Source of the DNA: Candidatus Microgenomates bacterium
GTDB lineage: Bacteria > Patescibacteriota > Microgenomatia > UBA8517
Direction: 5' to 3'
DNA: 64,000 bases
Assembly: GCA_049519355.1 (NCBI GenBank)
Contig: JBEKQV010000002.1
Location: 67,479 to 131,478, forward strand
A program made the translations under genes and the position numbers. Below, piece by piece: positions 16,691-26,335 of the stretch (within the stretch, counting starts at the first letter, position 1; every line of letters begins with the position of its first letter). Under the pieces are notes generated by a model. The model saw only the letters and a list, made by a program, of their open reading frames with translations. It was not told the origin of the DNA and ran no database searches.

Positions 16691-19603
16691 TCAACGAAGG
16701 TATGCTCCTGTATATGAAGCTCTATTTTTTGCAATATCACTGGGTCTTCCTGTAGCCACCACTTTTCCTCCGGCATCTCCCCCTTCAGGACCTAAATCAA
16801 TCACCCAATCGCTATTTTTAATTACATCCAAATTATGCTCAATAATAAAGACGCTGTTACCTTTTTGGACGAGAAGCCTCAAAACATTCATCAACTTTTC
16901 GACATCGGCAAAATGCAGTCCTGTTGTCGGTTCGTCCAGAATATAAACAGTTCTCCCGGTTGCCTTTCTTGAAAGTTCGGTTGCCAATTTAACCCTTTGC
17001 GCCTCACCGCCCGAAAGTGTAGTTGCCGCCTGGCCCAATTCCATGTAGCCAAGCCCGACAAGCGAAAGTGTTTCAAGTTTGGCCTCGATTTGAGGATGGG
17101 CGTGGAAAAATTCCAGTGCTTCATCGACAGTCATAGCCAAAACATCCGCAATGCTTTTTCCTCTATATAAAACTTCCAATGTTTGCTGGTTATAACGTTT
17201 ACCGTGACAAACATCACAGGTTATCCAAATATCACTCATAAATTGCATCTCTATCTTTATTTGACCCTGGCCTTCACAAGCCTCACACCTTCCGCCTCTG
17301 ACATTAAACGAAAATCTTCCTTTCTTATAACCCGCAGCCCTGGCGTCACGTGTTGAGGTATATACGTCGCGTATAGGATCAAAAACCCCCGTATATGTTG
17401 CAGGGTTGCTCCTTGGGGTTCGCCCAATCGGACTTTGGTCAATTAGAATTACTTTGTCGACGTTTTCCAACCCTTCCAAATTTCTATATCCTCCAGGCTC
17501 ACCCCTATATATAGGGTTTAACTCTTTTTGCAACGCCGGATATAGCGTTTCTACTAGAAGAGTGGATTTACCGGATCCGGAAACTCCGGTTATTGCCACA
17601 AGCTTTCCCAATGGAAGTTCAACATCAATATTTTTCAGATTATATTGATTGCATCCTTTAATTTTTAGGGCACCGTGACCTCCGATTGTCAGTTGCTGAT
17701 TGGATATCTCTATTTTTTTCTTGCCAGACAAGTATTTGCCTGTAATTGATTTTGGATTTTCCTCAATTTGCTTCGGAGTGCCTGTTGCGACAACCTCCCC
17801 TCCGTGCTTTCCGGCTCCAGGCCCAAAATCGACAATATAGTCGCTCTGCTTCATCATTGTTGCGTCGTGTTCAACAACTGTAACGGTATTTCCTAAATCC
17901 CTAAGGTTCTTTAACGTATCTATAAGTTTTTGGTCATCTCTTGGATGAAGCCCAATTGTGGGTTCATCAAGAACATACAAAACTCCTGTTAAACCGGAGC
18001 CTATTTGGCTTGCAAGCCTTATTCTTTGGGCTTCCCCGCCGGAAAGTGAACCTGCAACTCTATTTAAGGTTAAATACTCCAAGCCGACCGAAATTAAAAA
18101 CTTAAGTCGACCCAAGATTTCTTTAATAATTAGCCGGGAAATTTCTTTTTCCCTGGTATTTGTGACCGGAGTTTGACTTAATGAGTTTACCCATTCAATT
18201 GCTTTTATTATTGAATAATCGGTAACCTCGGCAACTGAAAGACCGCCGATTGTTATGGAAAGAGCCTCTTTTTTAAGCCTGGTCCCGTTACATTCCGGGC
18301 AAATCTTCTCTCTCATGTATTTCCTAATCTCTTCTTTTACCCAGTCGCTATCCGACTCCGCGTACCTTCTCTCCAATTCGCTTACAAATCCGGTAAAGCT
18401 TTCCCAAATATAAGTCTCGCGGCCGAACCTGTTCGTCCCATAAACGTGGTACTGTTTTGTTCCGGTTCCTTCCAATAAAATATTTTTTTCTTTATCGCCG
18501 AATTCTTTGATAGGCTTCCTCATGTCGATACTGTTCTCTTCACACATTTGTTTAACCAATCTTCCGTACCATGTTTCTCGCTCAAACATATTGGCAAAAG
18601 GTAATATTCCGCCTTCCATAATGGTTAGTTCAGGAGAGAATACGAGTTCCGGGGCAACTTTAAGAATTTTTCCCAACCCCGTGCAAGTCGGACAGGCTCC
18701 CTGAGGAGAATTAAAAGAAAAACTTCTGGGTTCAATTTCGGGGAGGCTTATATTATCGACCGGACACGCAAACCTTTCCGAAAAGAGATGATTCTCAAAT
18801 TTTTTGGGGTATGTAGGCATGGTAAACTCTTTATCAAGAACCTGTGCCAAAACAACCATGCCTTCGGCCAAATTAAGAGCTTGCTGAATCGAATCGGCAA
18901 GTCTGCTCTTTAAATTATCATAAAAAACTTTGTCTTTAATGTTTGCGGGGGAAACACTGAGCCTGTCTATAACTGCCTCAATTGTGTGTTTATTGGTTTT
19001 AATTAAAACCAAATCTTCCGATAGATCATGAATATAGCCGTCAATTCTAACCTGTCTGTAGCCTTTTGACTTTAAATTTTCAAAAAGTTGGGAAAATTCT
19101 CCTTTTCGCGCTTCAACCATCGGCGAAAGAATCAAAAACCAGGCTTTTTTATCTTTATTGGCGGTTTCCGTTATCAAATTAAGTGATTGGTCGACAATTT
19201 GATCCAAAGTTTGATGAGAAATTTCTCTTCCGCAAACTGGACAATGAGGATGACCGATTCGGGCAAAAAGAAGCCTTAAATAATCATAAATTTCCGTAAC
19301 CGTTCCGACAGTTGAACGTGGGTTATGAGATGTTGTCTTCTGATCGATTGAAATTGCCGGAGAAAGTCCTTCAATCGTATCAACATCAGGCTTTTCCATA
19401 ATCCCCAAGAATTGGCGTGCGTAGCTTGAAAGCGATTCAACATATCTTCTTTGACCTTCGGCATAGAGTGTGTCGAAAGCCAAAGAGCTTTTCCCACTGC
19501 CGGAAACGCCCGTAAGAACGACTAATTTGTTCTTGGGAATATCAAGGTCAATATTTTTGAGATTGTGCTGTCTTGCACCCCGTATTTTAATTGCGTTTTC
19601 CAA
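16691..19603 (-). CDS. uvrA: Excinuclease ABC subunit A (UvrA)
   Basis: 970 aa. Two ABC ATPase modules (GVSGSGKSSL, LSGGEAQR x2) and zinc-finger Cys clusters. The start codon is TTG (ttggaaaacgcaatt = M-E-N-A-I). Confidence 0.95.
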   Translation of the reverse strand: MENAIKIRGARQHNLKNIDLDIPKNKLVVLTGVSGSGKSSLAFDTLYAEGQRRYVESLSSYARQFLGIMEKPDVDTIEGLSPAISIDQKTTSHNPRSTVGTVTEIYDYLRLLFARIGHPHCPVCGREISHQTLDQIVDQSLNLITETANKDKKAWFLILSPMVEARKGEFSQLFENLKSKGYRQVRIDGYIHDLSEDLVLIKTNKHTIEAVIDRLSVSPANIKDKVFYDNLKSRLADSIQQALNLAEGMVVLAQVLDKEFTMPTYPKKFENHLFSERFACPVDNISLPEIEPRSFSFNSPQGACPTCTGLGKILKVAPELVFSPELTIMEGGILPFANMFERETWYGRLVKQMCEENSIDMRKPIKEFGDKEKNILLEGTGTKQYHVYGTNRFGRETYIWESFTGFVSELERRYAESDSDWVKEEIRKYMREKICPECNGTRLKKEALSITIGGLSVAEVTDYSIIKAIEWVNSLSQTPVTNTREKEISRLIIKEILGRLKFLISVGLEYLTLNRVAGSLSGGEAQRIRLASQIGSGLTGVLYVLDEPTIGLHPRDDQKLIDTLKNLRDLGNTVTVVEHDATMMKQSDYIVDFGPGAGKHGGEVVATGTPKQIEENPKSITGKYLSGKKKIEISNQQLTIGGHGALKIKGCNQYNLKNIDVELPLGKLVAITGVSGSGKSTLLVETLYPALQKELNPIYRGEPGGYRNLEGLENVDKVILIDQSPIGRTPRSNPATYTGVFDPIRDVYTSTRDARAAGYKKGRFSFNVRGGRCEACEGQGQIKIEMQFMSDIWITCDVCHGKRYNQQTLEVLYRGKSIADVLAMTVDEALEFFHAHPQIEAKLETLSLVGLGYMELGQAATTLSGGEAQRVKLATELSRKATGRTVYILDEPTTGLHFADVEKLMNVLRLLVQKGNSVFIIEHNLDVIKNSDWVIDLGPEGGDAGGKVVATGRPSDIAKNRASYTGAYLR

Positions 19604-19731
19604 ACAATGTTTCCGCCGGTTTTATCCGGTGGATTAAACATTATACCACAGGCTCAAAGTTGTATAATCCGCATATGAAAGAAAACTAGAATCTATTACG
19701 TCCGCTTACACACCGATACATACCAGGTGAT

Positions 19732-19992
19732 ATGACTTTGGAACAACTTGCCGATAACCCACTCCTTCTAAAAGAAACAAACATCGCCGGGATGGACGGT
19801 GAAGACAAAACTGAACTTCAGATGTCTCTTAGAACTTTATCGGGAAAATTTGACTGTATTTCAAATCTAAGAAAAGAGCTTGTTTCTAACCCAGGTAGCC
19901 TCGGTTTGGAAAAAAATCTAACCAAGGCCTTACTTGTTCTTCTTGTAGATCGCAGAAGCGCAGGCGAATACCGGCCAACACAGTCTACCTAA
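19732..19992 (+). CDS. Hypothetical small protein (86 aa)
   Basis: ORF preceded by an AGGTGA SD 5 nt upstream of the ATG, in the 396-nt uvrA-uvrB intergenic region. No recognisable domain, so it may be spurious. Confidence 0.25.
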   Translation: MTLEQLADNPLLLKETNIAGMDGEDKTELQMSLRTLSGKFDCISNLRKELVSNPGSLGLEKNLTKALLVLLVDRRSAGEYRPTQST

Positions 19993-19999
19993 CCCGTTT

Positions 20000-22021
20000 T
20001 TATTCTATTTCTCTAATTTTATCCCTAATTTCCGCCGCAAGTTCAAAGTTGAGATCTTGGGCGGCAAGACGCATTTCGGTTTGAAGGTTTTTAATCAGTC
20101 GCTTTTTCTCCATAGGAGTCATCGCATCAACTTCCAAATGAGGAAGACTTGCATAAACAGGTTCTTTTGACCCGAAAAGCCAGGGGGCACGTTCGTCCGA
20201 TTCGCGTTCAGTCAATTTCTCACGGATTGGCTTAGTAACACTCACCGGGGTTATATTGTGTTTTTTATTGTATGCAACTTGGTACTTACGCCTTCTTCTT
20301 ACCTCGGAGAGTGCTCTCTCCATGGATCCCGTCACTTTATCGGCATACATAATTACACGTCCCTCAACGTGTCTTGCGGCCCTACCCATCGTTTGAATAA
20401 GCGTTACGTCACTTCGCAGGAAGCCTTCTTTGTCCGCATCAAGTATTGCCACCAAACTTACTTCGGGCAAGTCTAACCCTTCTCTAAGAAGGTTAATTCC
20501 TACAAGAACGTCATACTTTCCGTTTCTTAAATCATCAAGAATATCGGTTCTATCAAGTGTGGCCACGTCAGAATGCAAATATTGGACTTTCAGACCTTGC
20601 TCATTCAAATATGTTGTCAAATCTTCGGCTGTACGTTTTGTAAGAGTCGTAACGAGTGTTCTTTGTTTTTTAGCCGTAACTTTTTTGATTTCTTCGATAA
20701 CGTCGGCAACTTGATTTTTAACAGGCCTAACCTCAACCAAAGGATCCGGAATACCGGTAGGACGGACCAAAAGCTCCACGGTTTTACCTCCGCTCATACT
20801 TATCTCCCATTCATTAGGAGTTGCGGAGCTGGCAATAAAATTGGGAATCCTGCGCATAAACTCCTCGAATCTTAAAGGCCTGTTGTCAAGTGCAGAAGGA
20901 AGCCGAAAGCCGTAATCGATCAATGTTTGTTTCCTAGCCAAGTCTCCGTTAAACATCCCGCGAATCTGGGGAAAAGTCATATGCGATTCATCAACCATAA
21001 GAAGCCACTTATCTTTGTAGGGCTCATTAAAGTAATCCAAAAGAGAATAGGGCGGGTCTCCCGGGCTTCTGCCGTCAAAATACCTGGAATAGTTTTCAAT
21101 TCCTTTGACATAACCAACTTCCTGAATCATTTCAAGATCATAGGTAACTTTTTGAGCTATTCTATGGGCTTCCAAAAGTTTCCCTTCTTTCTTAAGTTGA
21201 GCAACACGGACAACCAAATCGCTTCTTATATGGTCAAAGGCGTCATTATAAGTTGAAGGGTTTGTCATAAAATGTTTTGCCGGATAAAGAATAAATTTCG
21301 TCGGGTCAAAACCCTCTTTCTTTTCGACTTTGGTGCCGCTTGCCGCGTTAATCATTTCAACTTTATTTATTGAATTTTCGCCAAATTCAATGTGAACACC
21401 CTCGTCAAGATATGCCGGGTAAACGTCGACCGCATTACCGCGAACCCTGAAAGTGCCGCGGTTAAATCCGAAGTCGCTTCTTTCATACTGAAGATCAACA
21501 ATCCTATCGATAATTTGCTCACGGGCAATCTTCATCCCTTCAGCAAATTCCAAAACAAAATGCCCGTATTCACGGGGTGAACCGATGTTATATATACACG
21601 AAACCGAGGCAATAACAATGGTGTCACTCCTAGTCAAAAGATTGGTAGTCGCGGCAAGACGGAGCTTGTCTATAGTTTCATTTATATCGGCATCTTTTTC
21701 TATATATGTATCGGTGGAAGGAATATAAGCCTCAGGTTGATAAAAATCATAGTAAGAAACAAAATAACTGACAGCGTTACCTGGAAAGAAATCTCTTAAT
21801 TCCTGATAAAGTTGTGCGGCGAGTGTTTTATTGTGAGAAATAATAAGCGTTGGCCGCTGGACATTCTGAATAACGTTAGCCATTGTAAAAGTCTTACCGG
21901 AACCGGTTACTCCTAATAGTGTCTGATATTTTTCGCCATGCAAAACGCGCTGGGTAAGTGTTTCAACAGCTTTTTTTTGATCAGGAATCGGTTCAAATTT
22001 GGACTCGAGTTTAAATTCCAT
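20000..22021 (-). CDS. uvrB: Excinuclease ABC subunit B (UvrB)
   Basis: 673 aa. Helicase motifs (GVTGSGKT, DESH) and a UvrB C-terminal coiled coil. A minus-strand TATAAT (rc of 22036-22041) lies only about 14 nt upstream of the ATG. Confidence 0.95.
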   Translation of the reverse strand: MEFKLESKFEPIPDQKKAVETLTQRVLHGEKYQTLLGVTGSGKTFTMANVIQNVQRPTLIISHNKTLAAQLYQELRDFFPGNAVSYFVSYYDFYQPEAYIPSTDTYIEKDADINETIDKLRLAATTNLLTRSDTIVIASVSCIYNIGSPREYGHFVLEFAEGMKIAREQIIDRIVDLQYERSDFGFNRGTFRVRGNAVDVYPAYLDEGVHIEFGENSINKVEMINAASGTKVEKKEGFDPTKFILYPAKHFMTNPSTYNDAFDHIRSDLVVRVAQLKKEGKLLEAHRIAQKVTYDLEMIQEVGYVKGIENYSRYFDGRSPGDPPYSLLDYFNEPYKDKWLLMVDESHMTFPQIRGMFNGDLARKQTLIDYGFRLPSALDNRPLRFEEFMRRIPNFIASSATPNEWEISMSGGKTVELLVRPTGIPDPLVEVRPVKNQVADVIEEIKKVTAKKQRTLVTTLTKRTAEDLTTYLNEQGLKVQYLHSDVATLDRTDILDDLRNGKYDVLVGINLLREGLDLPEVSLVAILDADKEGFLRSDVTLIQTMGRAARHVEGRVIMYADKVTGSMERALSEVRRRRKYQVAYNKKHNITPVSVTKPIREKLTERESDERAPWLFGSKEPVYASLPHLEVDAMTPMEKKRLIKNLQTEMRLAAQDLNFELAAEIRDKIREIE

Positions 22022-22071
22022 ATCTATATTTTATCATTATATGAACAAAAATCATTTCGTAAAATGTTTGG

Positions 22072-22084
22072 TTTTGATACAAAA
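22072..22084. promoter_or_regulatory. 13-nt perfect palindrome TTTTGataCAAAA in the uvrB/lexA divergent region, a candidate operator (LexA box?)
   Basis: Seen directly. It lies between the divergent uvrB and lexA start codons. A related GTTTTG...TATAAAAAAG motif is at 22110-22124. Confidence 0.25.
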
Positions 22085-22092
22085 AGTTCCAG

Positions 22093-22121
22093 TTGACTAA
22101 TTCGGGTTTTGTTTGTATAAA
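22093..22121 (+). promoter_or_regulatory. Candidate lexA promoter TTGACT-17 nt-TATAAA; the mRNA is probably leaderless
   Basis: TTGACT at 22093-22098, TATAAA at 22116-22121, ATG at 22127. Confidence 0.35.
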
Positions 22122-22126
22122 AAAGT

Positions 22127-22750
22127 ATGGCACTTATAGTTTACAAAAGGCAACGACAGATCCTGGGTTTTATAAAACAGTTTATCCAGTCTAACGGAAC
22201 CGCACCAACCTTGAAGCAGATTGCCGGCGCCATTGGCGTCTCCTCTCTTGCGACGGTTCATGAACACCTTCAGGCATTAGAGGCAAAGGGTTTAATCAAA
22301 AGAAAAGCAGGCAAGATCCGTTCGATTGAGCTCGAAGAGAGCAAAATCAATTTCGGTAAACCAGAAGGCTTTGATGCGCCCATTCTTGGTTTCATAGCAG
22401 CAGGCGCGCCTATCGAACCTTACACCGACCCCAACGCCACAATGAATATCCCTGCAGCTTTCGTTACCGGCAAAAAAAGAACTTATGTGCTCCAGGTACG
22501 TGGTGAATCAATGATTGAAGACGGAATAATGGATGGCGATCATGTAATTATCGAACAGGCGGAAGCGGCAAACAACGGTGAAATTGTTGTCGCACTACTC
22601 GATAACGGCATGGCTACCCTTAAAAGATTTTTCAGAGAAACGACAAGAATAAGGCTTGAACCGGCTAATGCCAAGATGCAACCAATTTTTGTTAAAAATG
22701 TGAGAATTCAAGGGCGTGTAGTCGGATTGGTAAGAAGATATCAGAACTAA
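22127..22750 (+). CDS. lexA: LexA repressor (SOS regulator, S24 peptidase)
   Basis: 207 aa. N-terminal winged HTH, cleavage-site region IAAGAPIEP, catalytic Ser-Lys (RGESM ... VALLDNGMATLKRF). Confidence 0.85.
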   Translation: MALIVYKRQRQILGFIKQFIQSNGTAPTLKQIAGAIGVSSLATVHEHLQALEAKGLIKRKAGKIRSIELEESKINFGKPEGFDAPILGFIAAGAPIEPYTDPNATMNIPAAFVTGKKRTYVLQVRGESMIEDGIMDGDHVIIEQAEAANNGEIVVALLDNGMATLKRFFRETTRIRLEPANAKMQPIFVKNVRIQGRVVGLVRRYQN

Positions 22751-22751
22751 T

Positions 22752-23375
22752 CTACTTCTTGTATTTTTTTATGTGCCTGTAAATATAGGCAACCACAGCA
22801 ATAATAATCAATCCTATAATTACAAATTGAAACTTACGGAAGAAAGGTTCCACTGCCGTCCAATTTTGGCCAAGTTTAAGGCCTAAATATGCCAATACCG
22901 CAGACCATAGAAGCGACCCTATAAACGTATATATTGCAAACTTTTTGGAGTCCATTTTGGAAATTCCGGCAGGAAGGGAAATGAATGTGCGAACAATCGG
23001 GAGTAGGCGAGACCCGAAAGTAATTCCTTGACCATACTTCTTAAACCACTTAAGTGCCGTATTAAAATCATCTTCATGGACAAGAAGCCATTTTCCCCAC
23101 TTTCTAATTGATTTTCTAATCCACTGCTCCCCCATCGCTCTCCCCAACCAAAATGAAAGAAGTGAACCCGTTAAATTTCCTACAGTCCCAATAATAATCA
23201 CAAACCATATATTAAGAACTCCCAGCCCGCACAAAAAACCTGCGAAAGTCATTGTCACTTCAGAAGGAATGGGGATCAGAGCAGATTCAGCTGTCATTAG
23301 TAGAAATACGGCAAAATACCCATACGAAGAAATAAATGATGTTAAATGCCCAACAAGAGACGTTGTAGTGTTCAT
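22752..23375 (-). CDS. DedA/SNARE-associated family membrane protein
   Basis: 207 aa. The DedA pattern (GYFAVFLLMTAESALIPIPSEV ... LLPIVRTFISLPAG). Confidence 0.8.
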   Translation of the reverse strand: MNTTTSLVGHLTSFISSYGYFAVFLLMTAESALIPIPSEVTMTFAGFLCGLGVLNIWFVIIIGTVGNLTGSLLSFWLGRAMGEQWIRKSIRKWGKWLLVHEDDFNTALKWFKKYGQGITFGSRLLPIVRTFISLPAGISKMDSKKFAIYTFIGSLLWSAVLAYLGLKLGQNWTAVEPFFRKFQFVIIGLIIIAVVAYIYRHIKKYKK

Positions 23376-23393
23376 TCCGGAAAATTATACAAT

Positions 23394-25061
23394 CTAAGCC
23401 TTATTTTGTGAATCAAGTAAATTTCTACCCGTCATTGTTGAAGGAACTTCAAGACCTAGAATTTTTAAAACCGTTGGGGCAACATCGGCAAGTATTCCTG
23501 AACTAATTATTTGGGGGTTGTTTGCAACGGTTTTCGACAAAACTATAAAAGGCACGGGGCTGGAATTGTGTTCGGTATCGATTGTCCCTGTCGCCGTATC
23601 TATCATGACCTCAGCATTACCGTGGTCACCGGTTATTATCATTACCCCATCATTCGCAATTACCCAAGCACTTAATTTTCCAAGACATTCGTCAACAACA
23701 TCGCATGCTTTAACCGCCGCGCCAATATTGCCGGTGTGTCCCACCATGTCCGCGTTAGCGTAATTAATCAAAATAAATTTATAATCCGGAGTTTCCTGAA
23801 GCCTCTTTAACAAGAATTCTGTCATAGGAATAGCGCTCATTTCAGGCATTAAATCGTAAGTTGCAACTTTTGGGGAAGGAACTATCAATCTGTCCTCTCC
23901 GTCAAACGCAATTTCCTGCTGTCCGTTAAAGTAGAACGTTACAAATCTTTCTTTTTCACTTTCGGCAACTCTCAACTGTCGATAGCCCGCCTCAGAAATC
24001 GCCCGCCCCAACGGCAACTGAACAACTTCGGGTGGAAACGCGACTTTTGCTCCGGCATCAACGATAGCTTTTTCGTATTCGGTCATAGAAACAAAAAATA
24101 AATTGGGTATTCTGGGTCCCCTTTCGAAAGGTTCCGACGGTGGCCCAAGCGAGGACGCCAAATGTGACTTCTGATATTTAACAAGATAGGGGTCAAAACC
24201 AGCAGTAAAATTAGCTTTAGTAAAGTCCTCAAAAACAAAGGCCCTAGAAAGTTGTCTAGGTCTATCAATTCTAAAATTGAAAAAAATGACCGAATCATTA
24301 TCTTTGATTAACGAAAGCGGTTTCCCATCGCTACCTGCAATAAGACAGGGGTCGATAAATTCATCCGTTTTACCTTGAGAGTACGATAAATCTACAGCTT
24401 CTTCGGGAGTTTTAAATAAATTTCCGATACCTTTGGTCAACGCAAAATACGCCTTAGAAGTACGGTCCCAACGGTAATCTCTATCCATCGCCCAATACCT
24501 TCCCATTATGGATGCAATTTGCCCCACACCTTCCCTGGCAATAACCTGTTTCAATTGTTCTATGTAGGTTTTTGCCGATGTAGGAGGGGAATCTCTTCCG
24601 TCGGTAAAAACATGCAAAAATACGCGGTTAAACTCATGTTTCTTTGCAAGTTCGATAAGAGCATAAAGGTGTTCAATATTGCTATGTACTCCGCCCGCCC
24701 CAATCAAACCCATTAGGTGAAGATTACTATTATTAGTGCGTGCGTGGTCAATAGCTCCAATAAGAGCCTGATTTTGATAGAACGTGCCGTCAGCAATACT
24801 TAGGTTAATTCTTAATAAATCTTGATAAACGATTCGGCCCGCTCCAAGGTTAAGGTGCCCCGTTTCGGTATTCCCGACTTCCCCCCTGGGAAGCCCTACT
24901 GCTTCTCCCGAAGCTTCCAAAATAGTATGAGGGTACGATGCTGCAAATCTATCCATATTGGGTGTTTCAGCCTGTTTAATTGCGTTTCCAGGTCCCTCTG
25001 CAGCAACTCCCCAACCGTCAAGCACTACCAGCATGACAAATTTTGGAGGGTTATGATCCAT
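23394..25061 (-). CDS. gpmI: 2,3-bisphosphoglycerate-independent phosphoglycerate mutase
   Basis: 555 aa. N-terminal VVLDGWG, metal-binding motifs and length typical of iPGM. Confidence 0.9.
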   Translation of the reverse strand: MDHNPPKFVMLVVLDGWGVAAEGPGNAIKQAETPNMDRFAASYPHTILEASGEAVGLPRGEVGNTETGHLNLGAGRIVYQDLLRINLSIADGTFYQNQALIGAIDHARTNNSNLHLMGLIGAGGVHSNIEHLYALIELAKKHEFNRVFLHVFTDGRDSPPTSAKTYIEQLKQVIAREGVGQIASIMGRYWAMDRDYRWDRTSKAYFALTKGIGNLFKTPEEAVDLSYSQGKTDEFIDPCLIAGSDGKPLSLIKDNDSVIFFNFRIDRPRQLSRAFVFEDFTKANFTAGFDPYLVKYQKSHLASSLGPPSEPFERGPRIPNLFFVSMTEYEKAIVDAGAKVAFPPEVVQLPLGRAISEAGYRQLRVAESEKERFVTFYFNGQQEIAFDGEDRLIVPSPKVATYDLMPEMSAIPMTEFLLKRLQETPDYKFILINYANADMVGHTGNIGAAVKACDVVDECLGKLSAWVIANDGVMIITGDHGNAEVMIDTATGTIDTEHNSSPVPFIVLSKTVANNPQIISSGILADVAPTVLKILGLEVPSTMTGRNLLDSQNKA

Positions 25062-25062
25062 T

Positions 25063-26331
25063 TTAAGTAATTCTTGAAAGCTCTGTCTCTATTGTGGAAA
25101 GACGGTTGTATTTGGCTACACGTTCACCTCTTGCAGGGGCGCCAAACTTAGCATAATCGGCGGAAATTCCAACACTAAAATCGGCAATAAAACTATCGTT
25201 CGTCTCTCCCGAACGGTGCGATGCAATAATGCGCCAACCTGCATCTCTTGCCATTTTAACAACCCTCAAGGTTTCCGTAACGGTACCTATCTGGTTAGGT
25301 TTAACCAATACCGCATTACAGGCTTTTTCCTTGATAGCCTTTTCCACGCGTTTAGGATTGGTTGCCAGTAGATCATCACCGACTATGGTTACACTCTGAG
25401 AAAGTTCTCCTGAGAGATTCTCCCAAGCATTCCAAGCATCCTCCTGATACGGATCTTCCAAAATAGCCAACTTATACTGATCACACAAGGATTTATAAAA
25501 ATCAAGAAATTGACTGTCATCCATTCCCGAGGAACGGTCTTTTATTAAATATTCACCATCTTTATAAAAACTATTTGCCGCAACATCCAATCCCAAAAAG
25601 ACATCTCTGCCGAGCGAATATTTAGTCTTTCGTATAGATTCGATGAATACTTCGAAAGCGTCGGAGTTTGTAAAGAGATTTGGAGCGTAACCTCCTTCAT
25701 CTCCAACGGAATGGATCGCACCTCTATGGGCAAGGGTTTCACCGATTGTTAAATAAATTTCAACACCCATTTCAAGTCCATCCGAAAATTTTTTCGACGT
25801 TGCCGGTATAACCCAAAACTCCTGAAAATCCAGATTTCCGGCTCCATGCTTTCCACCGTTTATCATATTAAAAAGAGGTGTCGGCATCTTTACTGTTTGC
25901 GTAATTCCCGCTTTCGATGCTAAGCCGAAAACCCACGCGTATAGAGCTTGGCCCGTACTTACGGCACCGCTTTTTGTTACCACTTCCGAAACGGAAAGTA
26001 TTGCATTCGCGCCATATTTTGACTTATTTTCGGTTCCGTCAATACTAATAAGCTTTCCGTCAATTTCAGCCTGATTGGTTGGGTCCATCCCAACTACCGC
26101 AGGTCCCAAAACCGAATTTACATTATTCACGGCCTTCAAAACTCCTAACCCAAGGTATCTATTAGAGTCTCCGTCTCTAAGCTCCAATGCCTCATGGGTA
26201 CCGGTGGAAGTTCCTGCAGGAACTGAGGAAACGGAGATTTGCCCCGTGTCCAGAAGGCATGCAGTTTCAACCGTAGGAATACTTCTGGAATCCAATATTT
26301 CTCTAGCCCAAATATGTTTAATTTTACTCAT
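25063..26331 (-). CDS. eno: Enolase
   Basis: 422 aa. N-terminal IKHIWAREILDSRSIPTVE and C-terminal SHRSGETNDSFIADFSV enolase signature. Confidence 0.95.
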   Translation of the reverse strand: MSKIKHIWAREILDSRSIPTVETACLLDTGQISVSSVPAGTSTGTHEALELRDGDSNRYLGLGVLKAVNNVNSVLGPAVVGMDPTNQAEIDGKLISIDGTENKSKYGANAILSVSEVVTKSGAVSTGQALYAWVFGLASKAGITQTVKMPTPLFNMINGGKHGAGNLDFQEFWVIPATSKKFSDGLEMGVEIYLTIGETLAHRGAIHSVGDEGGYAPNLFTNSDAFEVFIESIRKTKYSLGRDVFLGLDVAANSFYKDGEYLIKDRSSGMDDSQFLDFYKSLCDQYKLAILEDPYQEDAWNAWENLSGELSQSVTIVGDDLLATNPKRVEKAIKEKACNAVLVKPNQIGTVTETLRVVKMARDAGWRIIASHRSGETNDSFIADFSVGISADYAKFGAPARGERVAKYNRLSTIETELSRIT

Positions 26332-26335
26332 AGAC

